Of a DNA stretch of 64,000 nt, positions 39,601-50,369 are shown one piece after another. The stretch comes from Candidatus Heimdallarchaeota archaeon (GTDB lineage: Archaea; Asgardarchaeota; Heimdallarchaeia; JABLTI01), in the NCBI GenBank assembly GCA_018238155.1, contig JABCTZ010000046.1:96001-160000 (forward strand), written 5' to 3'. Position 1 is the stretch's first letter; every line of letters starts with the position of its first letter. The notes below the pieces were generated by a model. The model ran no database searches and was not told the origin of the DNA. It saw only the letters and a program-made list of their open reading frames with translations. The position numbers and the translations under genes are program-made.

Positions 39601-41439
39601 TTAATATTTCAGATTCTTACTATCTTCTTTATAGTAATACATTTTCAGAGAGAAGTTTATTATAACGCTAATGATTTTAATAATTCCAATACCCCAAAAA
39701 CAAGCAATAATAAAGGCAGTGATACCCGCTATCCAACTTGCACCTGCTTCTTGAGATAGAGCCAATAAACCAATACAGACATTATTGCTTACATGAATAA
39801 ATATTGCCGATTCTATACCATATTTTACAAATGCATAGCTTAGAATTAAACCTGCTACTCCTGCTTGAAAGATTTTCCATGCACCCCAGCTTCCTGTCCA
39901 TTTCTCCCAATGTGCAAATCCAAATAAGGTTGATGAAATAATTATTAGTGTCCATTCTGGATAACTAATTTTTTTATATTTACCCCTAATTGCAAGTGGA
40001 ATATCCCATATTTTGATTTTGGCAGGAAAGCTTTTCTCAGTTTTCGTTAATACTTCCATCCGATCATCAGCTATTCGTGATTTAGGTTCTAAATTCTTAT
40101 TTTGTTGCATTAAATATCTGATTAGCATAATGAAGATCATTGGTATTCCAATAATAAATATACGGAAGCTTATTTCCTCTGAAATACCTGCCCAAGCCAA
40201 TAAGAGTACACTAATGAAAGGATTGATAGGTTCTCCTGATGCTGGAGTTCCATTATCTCCGCCGATAAATGGTGATAAAATAAAAATGATAATTACTGAT
40301 AGAACAAAGGAAAGCCCAAGTAGTTCTACAGAACCAACTACTGGATTATTTTTTAGAATATAGAATAAGCTATTTAATTGTCCTTTTCTCTTTTCAAACA
40401 CAGATAATTTAACACCTGATTCTTCAGGAAAATTTTTCTCTTGTTCTAATTCTATATCTATCGATTTTTCACTTGAATGAACATCAGGAGTTACTTCATC
40501 TGAAATTTTTCTCTTCTTTTGAAATTTCTTATATAATCTTATTGATGTTGGTAAAACCATTGATACAACACAAAGTAAAAATACTGTAGTAATAATAGAC
40601 ATCAACGCAACTATTTTGAAATCGACTATTGGTATTTTTATCATAACAAATAGCCAAAATGGTATTGAACCATTAATACGTGTAGAGGGATTATAAAAAA
40701 TCCATGAACCAATACTGAGTACGATTAATACTGCTAAAATAGACGAAAACCCAACGAATAGATATCTCAAAGTATAATAAAACCCTTTCCAAGCATTTCC
40801 TTCAGGTCGATATTTTATTAGCGATATACCTATAATAAATGTACCAATAATCGATGGGATAAATATTGCAATCAAGAACCCATAATAACTGGCTTTACTC
40901 TCGCTTGGTACCACATCATCAACACTCGCTACAATCATAAATAGAATCAAGCTTATAAATCCAGAAAAAATCAAAAGAGCTCCAATAACAGTTCCTATTG
41001 TGTTATATGTTTGATATTTTGATAATCTCTTTTGTTCTTGGAGTTTTTGGAAATTCACAGGAGGTGGTGCTACATAGTATCTTTGTGAATCAACAATCGG
41101 ATGTCCACTCGCAGGCAGAGATATAGAGGTATTACCTGATGTCTGTTGAATTCTTGGGATGTTTTGTTTCAAAACCCCACCACATTTTGAACAAAAGGAA
41201 TTATAAACAGGCATTTCAGCATTACATTGTTGACAAAAAACCTTCTGAACGAAAGGGGCACCACAGCTTTTGCAAAAAAGATTTGATTTAGGGTTTTCCT
41301 CTCCACAACTTGAACAAGTAATTTTTGGTGGTTTATCATTTTCTGTTTGAATCTCATCTTGAGATTTCTCTTGTACCTCTTCTTCCGTGTTCTCGTCCCC
41401 TAAAATTCCTTCATTATTTTGTTCCTTATCATTAGACAC
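39601..41439 (-). CDS. Double zinc-ribbon plus CPBP (Abi/CAAX protease-like) intramembrane protease
   Basis: Four CxxC pairs, EEISFR, FGFAH and HVSNN. Start set at GTG 41439 behind GGGAGT; the ORF is open to 41523. Confidence 0.85.
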   Translation of the reverse strand: MSNDKEQNNEGILGDENTEEEVQEKSQDEIQTENDKPPKITCSSCGEENPKSNLFCKSCGAPFVQKVFCQQCNAEMPVYNSFCSKCGGVLKQNIPRIQQTSGNTSISLPASGHPIVDSQRYYVAPPPVNFQKLQEQKRLSKYQTYNTIGTVIGALLIFSGFISLILFMIVASVDDVVPSESKASYYGFLIAIFIPSIIGTFIIGISLIKYRPEGNAWKGFYYTLRYLFVGFSSILAVLIVLSIGSWIFYNPSTRINGSIPFWLFVMIKIPIVDFKIVALMSIITTVFLLCVVSMVLPTSIRLYKKFQKKRKISDEVTPDVHSSEKSIDIELEQEKNFPEESGVKLSVFEKRKGQLNSLFYILKNNPVVGSVELLGLSFVLSVIIIFILSPFIGGDNGTPASGEPINPFISVLLLAWAGISEEISFRIFIIGIPMIFIMLIRYLMQQNKNLEPKSRIADDRMEVLTKTEKSFPAKIKIWDIPLAIRGKYKKISYPEWTLIIISSTLFGFAHWEKWTGSWGAWKIFQAGVAGLILSYAFVKYGIESAIFIHVSNNVCIGLLALSQEAGASWIAGITAFIIACFWGIGIIKIISVIINFSLKMYYYKEDSKNLKY

Positions 41440-41590
41440 AAATGTACACTCCCAATTTTTGGATAACTCATTATTTAAAGATACAATAATCTCATTGGTA
41501 AACCATATATTAAACCATTTCATTCAAACTAAAATTTAGTAGAAAAAAGTAATATATGACCAACAATTAGCATTTATCAAAAAGATAACA

Positions 41591-43504
41591 TTAAGTATCA
41601 ATAGACATTGGTAATTCTACAGTAATTTTGATTCCCATACTAGGATTACTAGAATCTCTATCTTTTACAGAAATAAATCCATTATAACTTTCAACTATTT
41701 CTTTTACCAATGTTAATCCAAAACCAGAACCATGAACTGTTCCTTTGCTACGAGCATATCTATCGAATAAATTCTTCTTTAACTCATCATCTATACCCGA
41801 GCCGTTATCTGAAAAAACTATCTTCCAATAATCGATATTTTCTTCACTTTTTTGAATAGTTACTTCAACATTGGCTTCTGGGTTCTTATCATATCTTACC
41901 GCATTGTCAAGAATATTGAAAAAGATATCCTCCAACCAATCATTTGCAATAGTTAGGTATTTTCCTTGTTTCATATTATGTTCAATATTTATCGTGCGAG
42001 GTTCAAATTTTAAATTTATTTTTTCTATTGCTTTCATGTATGGATTATAAAGATCAATTGAATAAAGATCGTAATCCGTCCTTCTAGTTTTGAAAAATTT
42101 GTCAATATTTGAAATGAGTTCACCTATTCGCAGAATTTCCAAACGACCTCTATTTTGTTTTCGAATTGATTCTTCAGGAGAAGCTGATTCAACCATAGAT
42201 AAATCAATTTGCAGGACAGCGTTTTGGCATAAATTTCTAACGTCATGAAATAACAAATCACTATAGAATTCAAGCTGATTTTTTTCATCACGCAATTTAT
42301 TAATGAGCTTTCTCAAATCATCATTTGGTTCAAGAAAGAGAAGCATTCCTGATTTCTGACTGTAATTTTGAGAAAACGCTCTAATATTAAATCCAATTGG
42401 CATTCTGTCTTTACGAATACAAACGATTTCACTAACGAAATTTCTTTTTGCGATATTACAACGATTTATTTCACTAGTTAGTGATTTAACAGCACTTTTC
42501 GTTTGAAAGAGGATTCCAAGGTCCTTTCCAATTATTTCTTCTTTCTCATAATGCAAAATTTCTTTCACATAATCGTTTATCCAATTTATTTTATTATTCG
42601 TAACTTGAATGAGAATTATTTCTATGTTACTTAAAATTGAATCATAGAAATTTAGTTTTGTTTCATTTTTCACTTCTTTGGCAATGCTTTCAGTCACATC
42701 TGTGAAATAAATAAGCATCCCTTGAGAGAGATTATTTTTATTAATTGCACGAACATTGATTTTTGCTTGAAATTTGTTTTTTCTATTTCCTTGTAACGTA
42801 GAATAGAATTCGATAGTTCCTTTTTTCTTAAGTGATTTTTTGCATTTAAATAAAAATTTTGCAAAATCATTTTGATTTGAAAACAGAAAACCTATCGGTT
42901 TATTCACAACACTTTCTTCTGAATAATAAAAAAACTCACACCAATTTTTGGTGGCCCAAATGATTTGATGGTTCTTAGTATAAAGAAGAGGTTGAGCGTT
43001 TAGCTCTATTAATCCTTTTAAAAGAGATTCATCTGTGGATGAATCATCACCTTTATCTTGTTCCTTTGAAATATCGAATTCAATCAAAAAATAACCTATT
43101 TGTTCATCAGTTTTCGTGTTAACGAAATTGTGAGCTATTCCACACATCCATTTGAGTTCTCCATTTGGATTGAAAATGCGGTAATTATAAGTATCAGTAA
43201 AATCAGATTTCTTAAAAGTAGATAATTTCTTCTTCGCTTTTTCACGATCATCAGGGTGAATATATCCGAATGTATTAAGATATTTGAAATCATCAAATGT
43301 ATAACCGATTACTTTCTCAGAATTCTTTGAAGTATAAAGTAATTCATTTTTCATATCTATGAGAGAGATTCTTACATTGAAGATATTTAGAATGTTCTCT
43401 GTTAGGCGCATGATTTCAGAAACATCTGATAGTTTTGAATTAAGATTATTGACATCATTATGAGATCTAGAAGTCTCAGATTCATTATTATCCCCTAACG
43501 GCAT
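41591..43504 (-). CDS. Cytoplasmic PAS-domain sensor histidine kinase
   Basis: Three PAS-like domains (IHPDDR), H-box FHDVRN, N-box NILDNA, and G-boxes DNGSGI and GSGFGL. Confidence 0.92.
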   Translation of the reverse strand: MPLGDNNESETSRSHNDVNNLNSKLSDVSEIMRLTENILNIFNVRISLIDMKNELLYTSKNSEKVIGYTFDDFKYLNTFGYIHPDDREKAKKKLSTFKKSDFTDTYNYRIFNPNGELKWMCGIAHNFVNTKTDEQIGYFLIEFDISKEQDKGDDSSTDESLLKGLIELNAQPLLYTKNHQIIWATKNWCEFFYYSEESVVNKPIGFLFSNQNDFAKFLFKCKKSLKKKGTIEFYSTLQGNRKNKFQAKINVRAINKNNLSQGMLIYFTDVTESIAKEVKNETKLNFYDSILSNIEIILIQVTNNKINWINDYVKEILHYEKEEIIGKDLGILFQTKSAVKSLTSEINRCNIAKRNFVSEIVCIRKDRMPIGFNIRAFSQNYSQKSGMLLFLEPNDDLRKLINKLRDEKNQLEFYSDLLFHDVRNLCQNAVLQIDLSMVESASPEESIRKQNRGRLEILRIGELISNIDKFFKTRRTDYDLYSIDLYNPYMKAIEKINLKFEPRTINIEHNMKQGKYLTIANDWLEDIFFNILDNAVRYDKNPEANVEVTIQKSEENIDYWKIVFSDNGSGIDDELKKNLFDRYARSKGTVHGSGFGLTLVKEIVESYNGFISVKDRDSSNPSMGIKITVELPMSIDT

Positions 43505-43791
43505 TTAAATTTCATACCTCACTATTATTACTTAATCATATACATTCGCAATGTTTACATATTTTGTTAACTCTGATAATTATTTAACTTTTCTTTCACA
43601 TTTTACTGTGTAGTAATAAAGAGAAATTATTTTACTATGAAAATTTCAAATATTATTATTTAATAATAATCTATTTAAGGAGATTTGAATCATTTAGTTA
43701 TATTAAAAAACGAAGAAAGCATTAACAAACTAAGATAACTTTAGGTTTCTAGCTATAGCGAATTTAGCTGTCTATTACAGAGGTGTAACAG

Positions 43792-44778
43792 ATGAGTATA
43801 AAAAACGAATTGATTTACGTAGATGGTTTAACTAAAACTTTTGGTGTTTCGAATTCACAAAATGTTATCGCTTTAAACAATATCACTTTTAATTTGTCAC
43901 AAGGAGCTAATTCAATTCTTGGACCAAATGGTGCAGGTAAGAGTACCCTCATCAAAGTATTATTAGGATATATTAAAGCTGATTCTGGCGAAGCCCAAGT
44001 TCTAGGTTACGATATAAAATCAGAAGGAAGAAAAATAAAAGAGTTCATTGGGTACATGCCAGAACATTATACTCTTATACCAGGTGTAAACGCTGTTAAG
44101 CAAGTTTCTCTTCTAGGGAAAATCGCAGGTTTACCAGCTGCTGAAGCAATGCAAAGAGCGCATGAAACGTTACAATATGTAGGATTAGATGAAGCAAGAT
44201 ATCGAAAAGTAAATGAATTTTCTACTGGAATGCTTCAAAGATTGAAACTAGCTCAAGCTTTAGTTAACGACCCTGAATTACTAATTTTAGACGAGCCTAC
44301 AAATGGCTTAGATCCTAGAGGACGAATTGAAATGATCGATCTTATTCGTGAAATTAGTCAAGACCATTCAATCAATCTACTTGTATCTTCACATCTTTTA
44401 CCAGATATAGAAGCAACTTGTGAGTTTGCAACTATCTTGGATAAAGGACATCTTATAACACAAGGAAGAATTGAAGACTTAACAGGTCAAGAAGCAGGAT
44501 ATTCTGATAGTCGAAAGATGAATGTCCAAATAAAAGGTTCATTAAATGATTTCCTAGTTGGTCTTAAAAAACACGGACTATCATTTGAAATAATTGATAA
44601 AATAGTCCAGATTCCATATAAAGAAAAATCACCTGCAGAAATCATTTTACAAGTAGCTTATGAAGCTAACATACAAATTCGTTCAATGACGCCTAGAAAA
44701 GCAATTTTGGAAGATGTATTTGTACATCAGATTGAAGGAGCTGAAAATATGCAAGCAACAGGAGGAAAAACTAAATGA
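43792..44778 (+). CDS. ABC transporter ATP-binding protein
   Basis: GPNGAGKST, FSTGM, LILDEP and SSH. Confidence 0.95.
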   Translation: MSIKNELIYVDGLTKTFGVSNSQNVIALNNITFNLSQGANSILGPNGAGKSTLIKVLLGYIKADSGEAQVLGYDIKSEGRKIKEFIGYMPEHYTLIPGVNAVKQVSLLGKIAGLPAAEAMQRAHETLQYVGLDEARYRKVNEFSTGMLQRLKLAQALVNDPELLILDEPTNGLDPRGRIEMIDLIREISQDHSINLLVSSHLLPDIEATCEFATILDKGHLITQGRIEDLTGQEAGYSDSRKMNVQIKGSLNDFLVGLKKHGLSFEIIDKIVQIPYKEKSPAEIILQVAYEANIQIRSMTPRKAILEDVFVHQIEGAENMQATGGKTK

Positions 44779-45692
44779 GTGTCTTCGACCGTAGCTATAG
44801 ATCGTATGAAGGTGAATTAAAAGGAAGATGGTATAAAATTTGGGCAATAGCAAAAAGTACTTTTCGAGTGCAATTTTCCGGGAAAAAAGCTATTTTCCTC
44901 ATGATCTTTTGCAATTTACCTGTTCTTGCATTTACTCTAATGCTGGTTTTTATGGCGATTTTTATTCCGGCAGGAGTAGGAAATATGGTTTTAGGCGGTC
45001 TCTTTGAATCTCTTGATCTAGCACTCTATCTGATAATTATGTTTTCATTTAATGCCGGTTCAATCTTTATGCCAACAGTTTTTATTGCAGCATTAAATTC
45101 TGGTACGATTGCTAATGATAAGAAACATAATGCTTTAGCTTTGTATATGGCTAAACCAATAGACAGACTTGATTATGGTTTAGGAAAGTTCATTTCAGTT
45201 CTTATGGTATCTTCATTTGTTACCTATATACCTTGGTTTATGTTTATGGTTTCTTTCACACTTCTTGCAGGAGTTTCTGGAGCTGAATTCATTCAAACAA
45301 TCTGGGTATATTTTGCAGCATTTGGAGCAGCAATGGTTATAAATTTCTTCTTCGGATCAATCACACTTTTATTTTCTTCAATGACAAAACAAAGCATTCT
45401 CGGTGGAATTTTGATGATTTTGATTATTTTTCTACCATCGATTATTTTAAGTTCAGTAAATATGGTCTTTGAACAAAACTGGTTGAATTATTTCTCAGTT
45501 TCATCGCTTATTGCGTCAACTGTCTATGTTATATTTGGAAAACCATCCGCAGGGGCGTTTTTGGGTGAAGCATCAAATTTCTTTGGTTTCAATATCAATG
45601 GTTGGATTTCATTAACCATACTCCTAGTGATATCAATTATCGCTTTACTACTAACACTTAGAAATTTGTACAAGGAGGATATCAGTGGATGA
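44775..45692 (+). CDS. ABC-2 type permease
   Basis: About six TM helices; overlaps the flanking ATPase genes by ATGA. Confidence 0.85.
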   Translation: MSVFDRSYRSYEGELKGRWYKIWAIAKSTFRVQFSGKKAIFLMIFCNLPVLAFTLMLVFMAIFIPAGVGNMVLGGLFESLDLALYLIIMFSFNAGSIFMPTVFIAALNSGTIANDKKHNALALYMAKPIDRLDYGLGKFISVLMVSSFVTYIPWFMFMVSFTLLAGVSGAEFIQTIWVYFAAFGAAMVINFFFGSITLLFSSMTKQSILGGILMILIIFLPSIILSSVNMVFEQNWLNYFSVSSLIASTVYVIFGKPSAGAFLGEASNFFGFNINGWISLTILLVISIIALLLTLRNLYKEDISG

Positions 45693-46627
45693 AAAGTTAC
45701 TTTATTGAGACCTATGATTTAAACAAATGGTACAAAGAAGTTATGGCTTTGAATAAATTAACCATCAAAATTGATCGTGGCATTGTTGGATTGCTTGGAC
45801 CAAATGGTGCAGGAAAATCAACTTTCTTGAATATTGCCACAGCTCAACTCCGTCAAAGCTCTGGTGAAATTTACATAGAGGGACAAGAAGTCTGGAATAA
45901 CCCTGACATACTCAAAAATATCGGTTTCTGTCCGGAACAAGAAAAACTCTTTGAATGGATGACAGGTAGAAAATTTGTTCGTGAACTTGCTCAAATAAGT
46001 GGTATTCCTCGTGAAGTTGCTAATCAAGCAGCAATTGAAGTGATTCAACTTGTTGGCTTAAAAGATGCTATGGATAGACCAATTTCAGGCTATTCAAAAG
46101 GGATGAGACAAAGAATAAAGATTGCCCAAGCAATTGTTCATGACCCACAAATTTTGTTTCTTGATGAACCTTTGCAATCAACGGATCCAATTGTTCGAAG
46201 AGAACTAGTTACTTTGATTCAAAAACTTGGCAGAGAATACGGAAAGGATATCTTAATTTCAAGCCATATTCTCCACGAAGTTGAACGAGTAACATCCAAT
46301 ATTTTACTAGTTTATGCTGGACGAGCTATCGCTCAAGGCAACCTTAGTGAAATAAGGGATTTAATGGATAAATTTCCTCACACTATTCGAATTAAAACCA
46401 AAAAACGAAAAGAATTAGCCCAGATATTATTTGATTATGATTATATTATAAGTATAGAATTGGACCATCTATCTGATGATTACATGAAAGTTCGGACAAA
46501 GAAACCAGACGATTTTTATCAAATGATAACAAAAATCGCTATTGAATCAAAAATAGATATTACAGAAATAGATAGTCCAGATGCTAATCTTGAGTCAGTT
46601 TTCTCGTATCTGACTAGAAAATGGTAA
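45689..46627 (+). CDS. ABC transporter ATP-binding protein
   Basis: GPNGAGKST, YSKGM, LFLDEP and SSH. Confidence 0.95.
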   Translation: MKSYFIETYDLNKWYKEVMALNKLTIKIDRGIVGLLGPNGAGKSTFLNIATAQLRQSSGEIYIEGQEVWNNPDILKNIGFCPEQEKLFEWMTGRKFVRELAQISGIPREVANQAAIEVIQLVGLKDAMDRPISGYSKGMRQRIKIAQAIVHDPQILFLDEPLQSTDPIVRRELVTLIQKLGREYGKDILISSHILHEVERVTSNILLVYAGRAIAQGNLSEIRDLMDKFPHTIRIKTKKRKELAQILFDYDYIISIELDHLSDDYMKVRTKKPDDFYQMITKIAIESKIDITEIDSPDANLESVFSYLTRKW

Positions 46628-46645
46628 AATCAAGGAGGACAAAAA

Positions 46646-48376
46646 ATGGAAGAAATATATTCAAAACTAACACAATATGAGAAAAAAAGTAATTGGTCAT
46701 CAAGGTTTAGTTCTATTTATCGTTTATATTTAGCCAAGCTTTGGGCTGTGCTCGTAAAAGACAAAAAAACATGGATATTCAATACTCTTATGATCTTACC
46801 GGTCATAACAGGACCAATTATAGCACTATTCACTAGAGATTCCATCCCCTATTATGATTTCTTTTCAATCTATTCAGACATCATGTTTGTTGGATATTTT
46901 GGTTTGATAATACCATTATTTACTATGTATATTGCTTCTATGATGTTCAATGATGAACTAAATGATAGAACGCTTACATATCTCACTACGCGACCGATTC
47001 ATAGATTTGAATTGATTGTAGTAAAATATTTATCATTTCTAACTATTGTTCCAATATTTACTGCTTTAACAACAGGGTTAGTTTATCTTTCCTTTGGGAT
47101 TTTTGGTGGTTTCCGATATTGGCAGGCAGCACTCTGGTATTTCCTAGCAGCAATAATCGCTTCAATAGTTTATGGGGCATTCTTTATGTTTATTGGATTA
47201 TTATTCAAAAACCCACTCTGGTTTGGTTTATTCTTTGTCTTTATTTGGGAATTCGTTCTTGCTAGTTTTTCCCAAACACTGAATAGTATTACTATTGCAT
47301 ATTATATTAAATCGCTAATTGTTTATGATATCCACCCCGATGTTCCGTTTGAAGAATCACCGGTAATATTTACAGGAAATCAAGCTGACACTTTTTCATT
47401 TTTAGGTAATCCTGCAAATGCACTAACTTTTTCCTTAGTTCTTACTGTAATTGTTATCGTATCTCTTACACTAGCTTGGTCACGACTTCAAGGAGATAAA
47501 TTCAAAGTTCCATATAAAGCCGGACGAAGACCTGGTGGCTGGAAATATTATCTCAAAGAAATTAGATCGTTCCTAATAACCTTTGGAATTATGTTTATCA
47601 CCATTGGCTTAATTATTGGACCTGTTAATGGAATAACAAAATCTGTTCGAAAAAACATTAACACCTCATTAAGTGTTTCTGATTATCCAGATTGGGATCG
47701 AGGAGTATCCCCAAATTTAAATGATATGGGTTTTGCTAGTAAAAATTCCTTTACCTTTTCAAAAGGAGATACGTTATCCGTTCGATCGACGAAAAATCAT
47801 GCATCAATCTTGACCCATCAAATTTATTCTATTTTTATTGAGAAAGAAATCTTTGATGATTTTGTTATAGAAACTCAAGAACTTTGGTCGGATTATCAAA
47901 AAAATTATTTTAATGCTGGTGGATATGAGGGCTCGTATTTTCCAAATCTTATAATGAATTTTTCCATTTTAGCTAATAATATTGTTAATAAAGCAGAAAG
48001 AAATGTTCTATTAAATAATATAAGTACACCACAAACGTTTGACTTTACAAGTACACAACGTGGAACATACTATATTGTTGCAATTGTAACAGATTTTAAC
48101 ACAACAGCATCTTTCAATTTCAATGCACAAGTTAATTTTGATATTAGTGGAGAAGCTCATCGAACAACAGGATATACTTTTGGATGGATATTATTTGGTT
48201 CTGGTTTAGTAATCGGTGGTATTTCCATTTATTCATTAGCTACTTATTCAAGTGCAGATGAAATAAAAAGATATGAAGAACAGCTAAAGATAGTTTCTTC
48301 TAAAGTAGAAGAATCTCAGAATTTTGCTGAAGATAACGAAGAGCAATTGGAAAAAGAAGCACCTCCAATAAAATAA
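46646..48376 (+). CDS. ABC-2 type permease with C-terminal TM-extracellular domain-TM extension
   Basis: DE..DRTL.YL.TRPI.R permease motif plus a ~290-aa extension. Confidence 0.8.
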   Translation: MEEIYSKLTQYEKKSNWSSRFSSIYRLYLAKLWAVLVKDKKTWIFNTLMILPVITGPIIALFTRDSIPYYDFFSIYSDIMFVGYFGLIIPLFTMYIASMMFNDELNDRTLTYLTTRPIHRFELIVVKYLSFLTIVPIFTALTTGLVYLSFGIFGGFRYWQAALWYFLAAIIASIVYGAFFMFIGLLFKNPLWFGLFFVFIWEFVLASFSQTLNSITIAYYIKSLIVYDIHPDVPFEESPVIFTGNQADTFSFLGNPANALTFSLVLTVIVIVSLTLAWSRLQGDKFKVPYKAGRRPGGWKYYLKEIRSFLITFGIMFITIGLIIGPVNGITKSVRKNINTSLSVSDYPDWDRGVSPNLNDMGFASKNSFTFSKGDTLSVRSTKNHASILTHQIYSIFIEKEIFDDFVIETQELWSDYQKNYFNAGGYEGSYFPNLIMNFSILANNIVNKAERNVLLNNISTPQTFDFTSTQRGTYYIVAIVTDFNTTASFNFNAQVNFDISGEAHRTTGYTFGWILFGSGLVIGGISIYSLATYSSADEIKRYEEQLKIVSSKVEESQNFAEDNEEQLEKEAPPIK

Positions 48377-48395
48377 ATAACAAAATACAATAATA

Positions 48396-48432
48396 TATCA
48401 AGGTTGAATCCTTGATAATAATCTCTTTTTTT
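48396..48432 (+). terminator. Hairpin plus T-tract after the ABC operon
   Basis: TATCAAGG-ttgaat-CCTTGATA followed by a T-run. Confidence 0.6.
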
Positions 48433-48573
48433 GCAAATTGAACTTTGTTGCAATTTATTCATAGAAATATTGGTTATGAACCTCATTGATTTGAACAGTT
48501 TGTCTAATAGATGGAAAGATTTTTGATAAAGTGTTTAATATTATTAAGTAATTCTAACAAGAGGTAAATAATA

Positions 48574-49017
48574 ATGATTGATGAAAAAGATAGATTGATT
48601 TTAGAAGAATTGCATAAAGATGCTCGAACTCCTACAAAAAGAATAGCTCAAAATCTTGATATCCCTCGAGTTACGGTTCATACGCGTATTGAGAAAATGA
48701 AAAAAGAGGGTGTAATTCTTGGATTTACTGTTAGAACTGATTATATAAAAATTGGTTTGCCTGTTACTGCTTTTGTATTTGTGTCTTTTTCATCACAGGA
48801 AAATTTCACTCAGCGAGAAGTAGCAGAACTAATAGCTAAAATAAACAATGTTTTTGAAGTCCATCTCATTTCTGGTGAGTGGGATATTTTAGTGAAAATA
48901 CGAGGAGAATCATTGGATGGAATAGGTAAAACTGTTATAAATGAAATCCGACCTCTTGAAGGAGTATCAAAAACAATCACCTGTCCCTCTTTCGCAAATG
49001 TTAAAAATGGTGTCTAA
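48574..49017 (+). CDS. Lrp/AsnC family transcriptional regulator
   Basis: D..D..IL.EL.KDAR…RI.KM..EGVI HTH and RAM domain with SGEWD. Confidence 0.95.
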   Translation: MIDEKDRLILEELHKDARTPTKRIAQNLDIPRVTVHTRIEKMKKEGVILGFTVRTDYIKIGLPVTAFVFVSFSSQENFTQREVAELIAKINNVFEVHLISGEWDILVKIRGESLDGIGKTVINEIRPLEGVSKTITCPSFANVKNGV

Positions 49018-49040
49018 GAAGAAGAGTTAGAGAAAGCATC

Positions 49041-50279
49041 CTAATTCTTTTGGAAATTAATGAAAAGTTGGGCAAAAACAGTAGCAGCTGGAACCAAACT
49101 ATCTATTTCAACGAATTCACCTGCTGCGTGGAGATTCCCACCACGAGGACCAAATATTACTGTTGGAATATTACCTTCTCCCATGAAGGTATTAGCATCA
49201 GTTATCATTTTGGAATATGTAGTATAGGGTTCTTTTTTGAAAATGCTAATAAATGATTCTTCTAAAGATTTGAAAAGCGGATGATCCTTAGCAATTTTGT
49301 AAGGGAGATAGAAAGGTGGAATGACCTCAATTGAAACATTTGATTTAAGTTGCATTTGCTTGATAAACTGGTTAAAGTCTTCTTTAACTGACTCTTTTGT
49401 TTCTCCTGGAACCGTCAAGCGATTTAATTCAAAGTTGCAATGTTCAGGAACAACAACAGAATAGGTTTTGTAACCACCTTCGATTTTCAAAACACAAAAT
49501 GATCCTTGCCCAAAATCCTCCTCTATTGGTAATGGAAATTTCTTAATTGAGGGGTTCTCACCTATGATATCCATTGCAGCTAGAATTCGAGATGCATCCG
49601 TTACAGCATTTACTCCTTTTTCTGGAGTAAAAGCATGAGCAGATTTACCAATAACAGTGATTTTATACAGAACTTTCCCAGTCATTCCTAAAGGTAGGCC
49701 ATTATCAGGCGAATGTCCAAAACAAGGTTCTGAGATAACAATCCCCTCTGTAGCCCCCTTGCCGAAATTAGAATTGCCAAGCATTTTCTTTGCACCTGTG
49801 CCATATCCTTCTTCATCTACAACTGCAGTAAAATGAATGGTACCTTGCAAATTCAAATCGGATTCAATTAACGCCTTAACTGCAGCAAGTTGACAAGCTA
49901 AACCGCCTTTCATATCAACAGAACCTAATCCATAGAGCTTGCCTGATTTTTCTGTTGGTTGAAATGGATCTGTGCTCCACCCTGTACAAATATCTACAGT
50001 ATCTAAATGACCATTTAGAGTCAGTGTTTTTCCTTTTGAATGAAAATTATATTCAGCATAAATATTTTCTCTATTTTGAGATACCTCTTCAAGTTCAACA
50101 TGCATACCTAATTTCTTTATTTCATCAAATAGAAAATGAGCTAAATTTGATTCTTGTCCAAGTATTGAATTAATCTTTATCATTTCTTTTAGAAGTGAAA
50201 AGAGATATTGTTTGTCAATTACTATTGATTCAAATTCAGTCAAGTCAAAATCCTCTAAATAAGAGAATAATATGAACAT
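49041..50279 (-). CDS. M20 metallopeptidase (ArgE/DapE family)
   Basis: NGHLDTV, G.GSVDMKGG, DEEG, GKSAH and H…EFV. The start may be slightly downstream. Confidence 0.92.
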   Translation of the reverse strand: MFILFSYLEDFDLTEFESIVIDKQYLFSLLKEMIKINSILGQESNLAHFLFDEIKKLGMHVELEEVSQNRENIYAEYNFHSKGKTLTLNGHLDTVDICTGWSTDPFQPTEKSGKLYGLGSVDMKGGLACQLAAVKALIESDLNLQGTIHFTAVVDEEGYGTGAKKMLGNSNFGKGATEGIVISEPCFGHSPDNGLPLGMTGKVLYKITVIGKSAHAFTPEKGVNAVTDASRILAAMDIIGENPSIKKFPLPIEEDFGQGSFCVLKIEGGYKTYSVVVPEHCNFELNRLTVPGETKESVKEDFNQFIKQMQLKSNVSIEVIPPFYLPYKIAKDHPLFKSLEESFISIFKKEPYTTYSKMITDANTFMGEGNIPTVIFGPRGGNLHAAGEFVEIDSLVPAATVFAQLFINFQKN

Positions 50280-50309
50280 CAGTTAAAAAAATTGTTGAAA
50301 CTTGAAATT

Positions 50310-50340
50310 AAAAAGAGGCTGGTAAAGAGAAATTACCAGC
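50310..50340 (-). terminator. Hairpin plus T-tract after the MFS gene
   Basis: GCTGGTAA/TTACCAGC stem (50318-50340), followed on the minus strand by CTCTTTTT. Confidence 0.6.
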
Positions 50341-50369
50341 TAATCACTATTCAATTGAGTAGTACTAAA

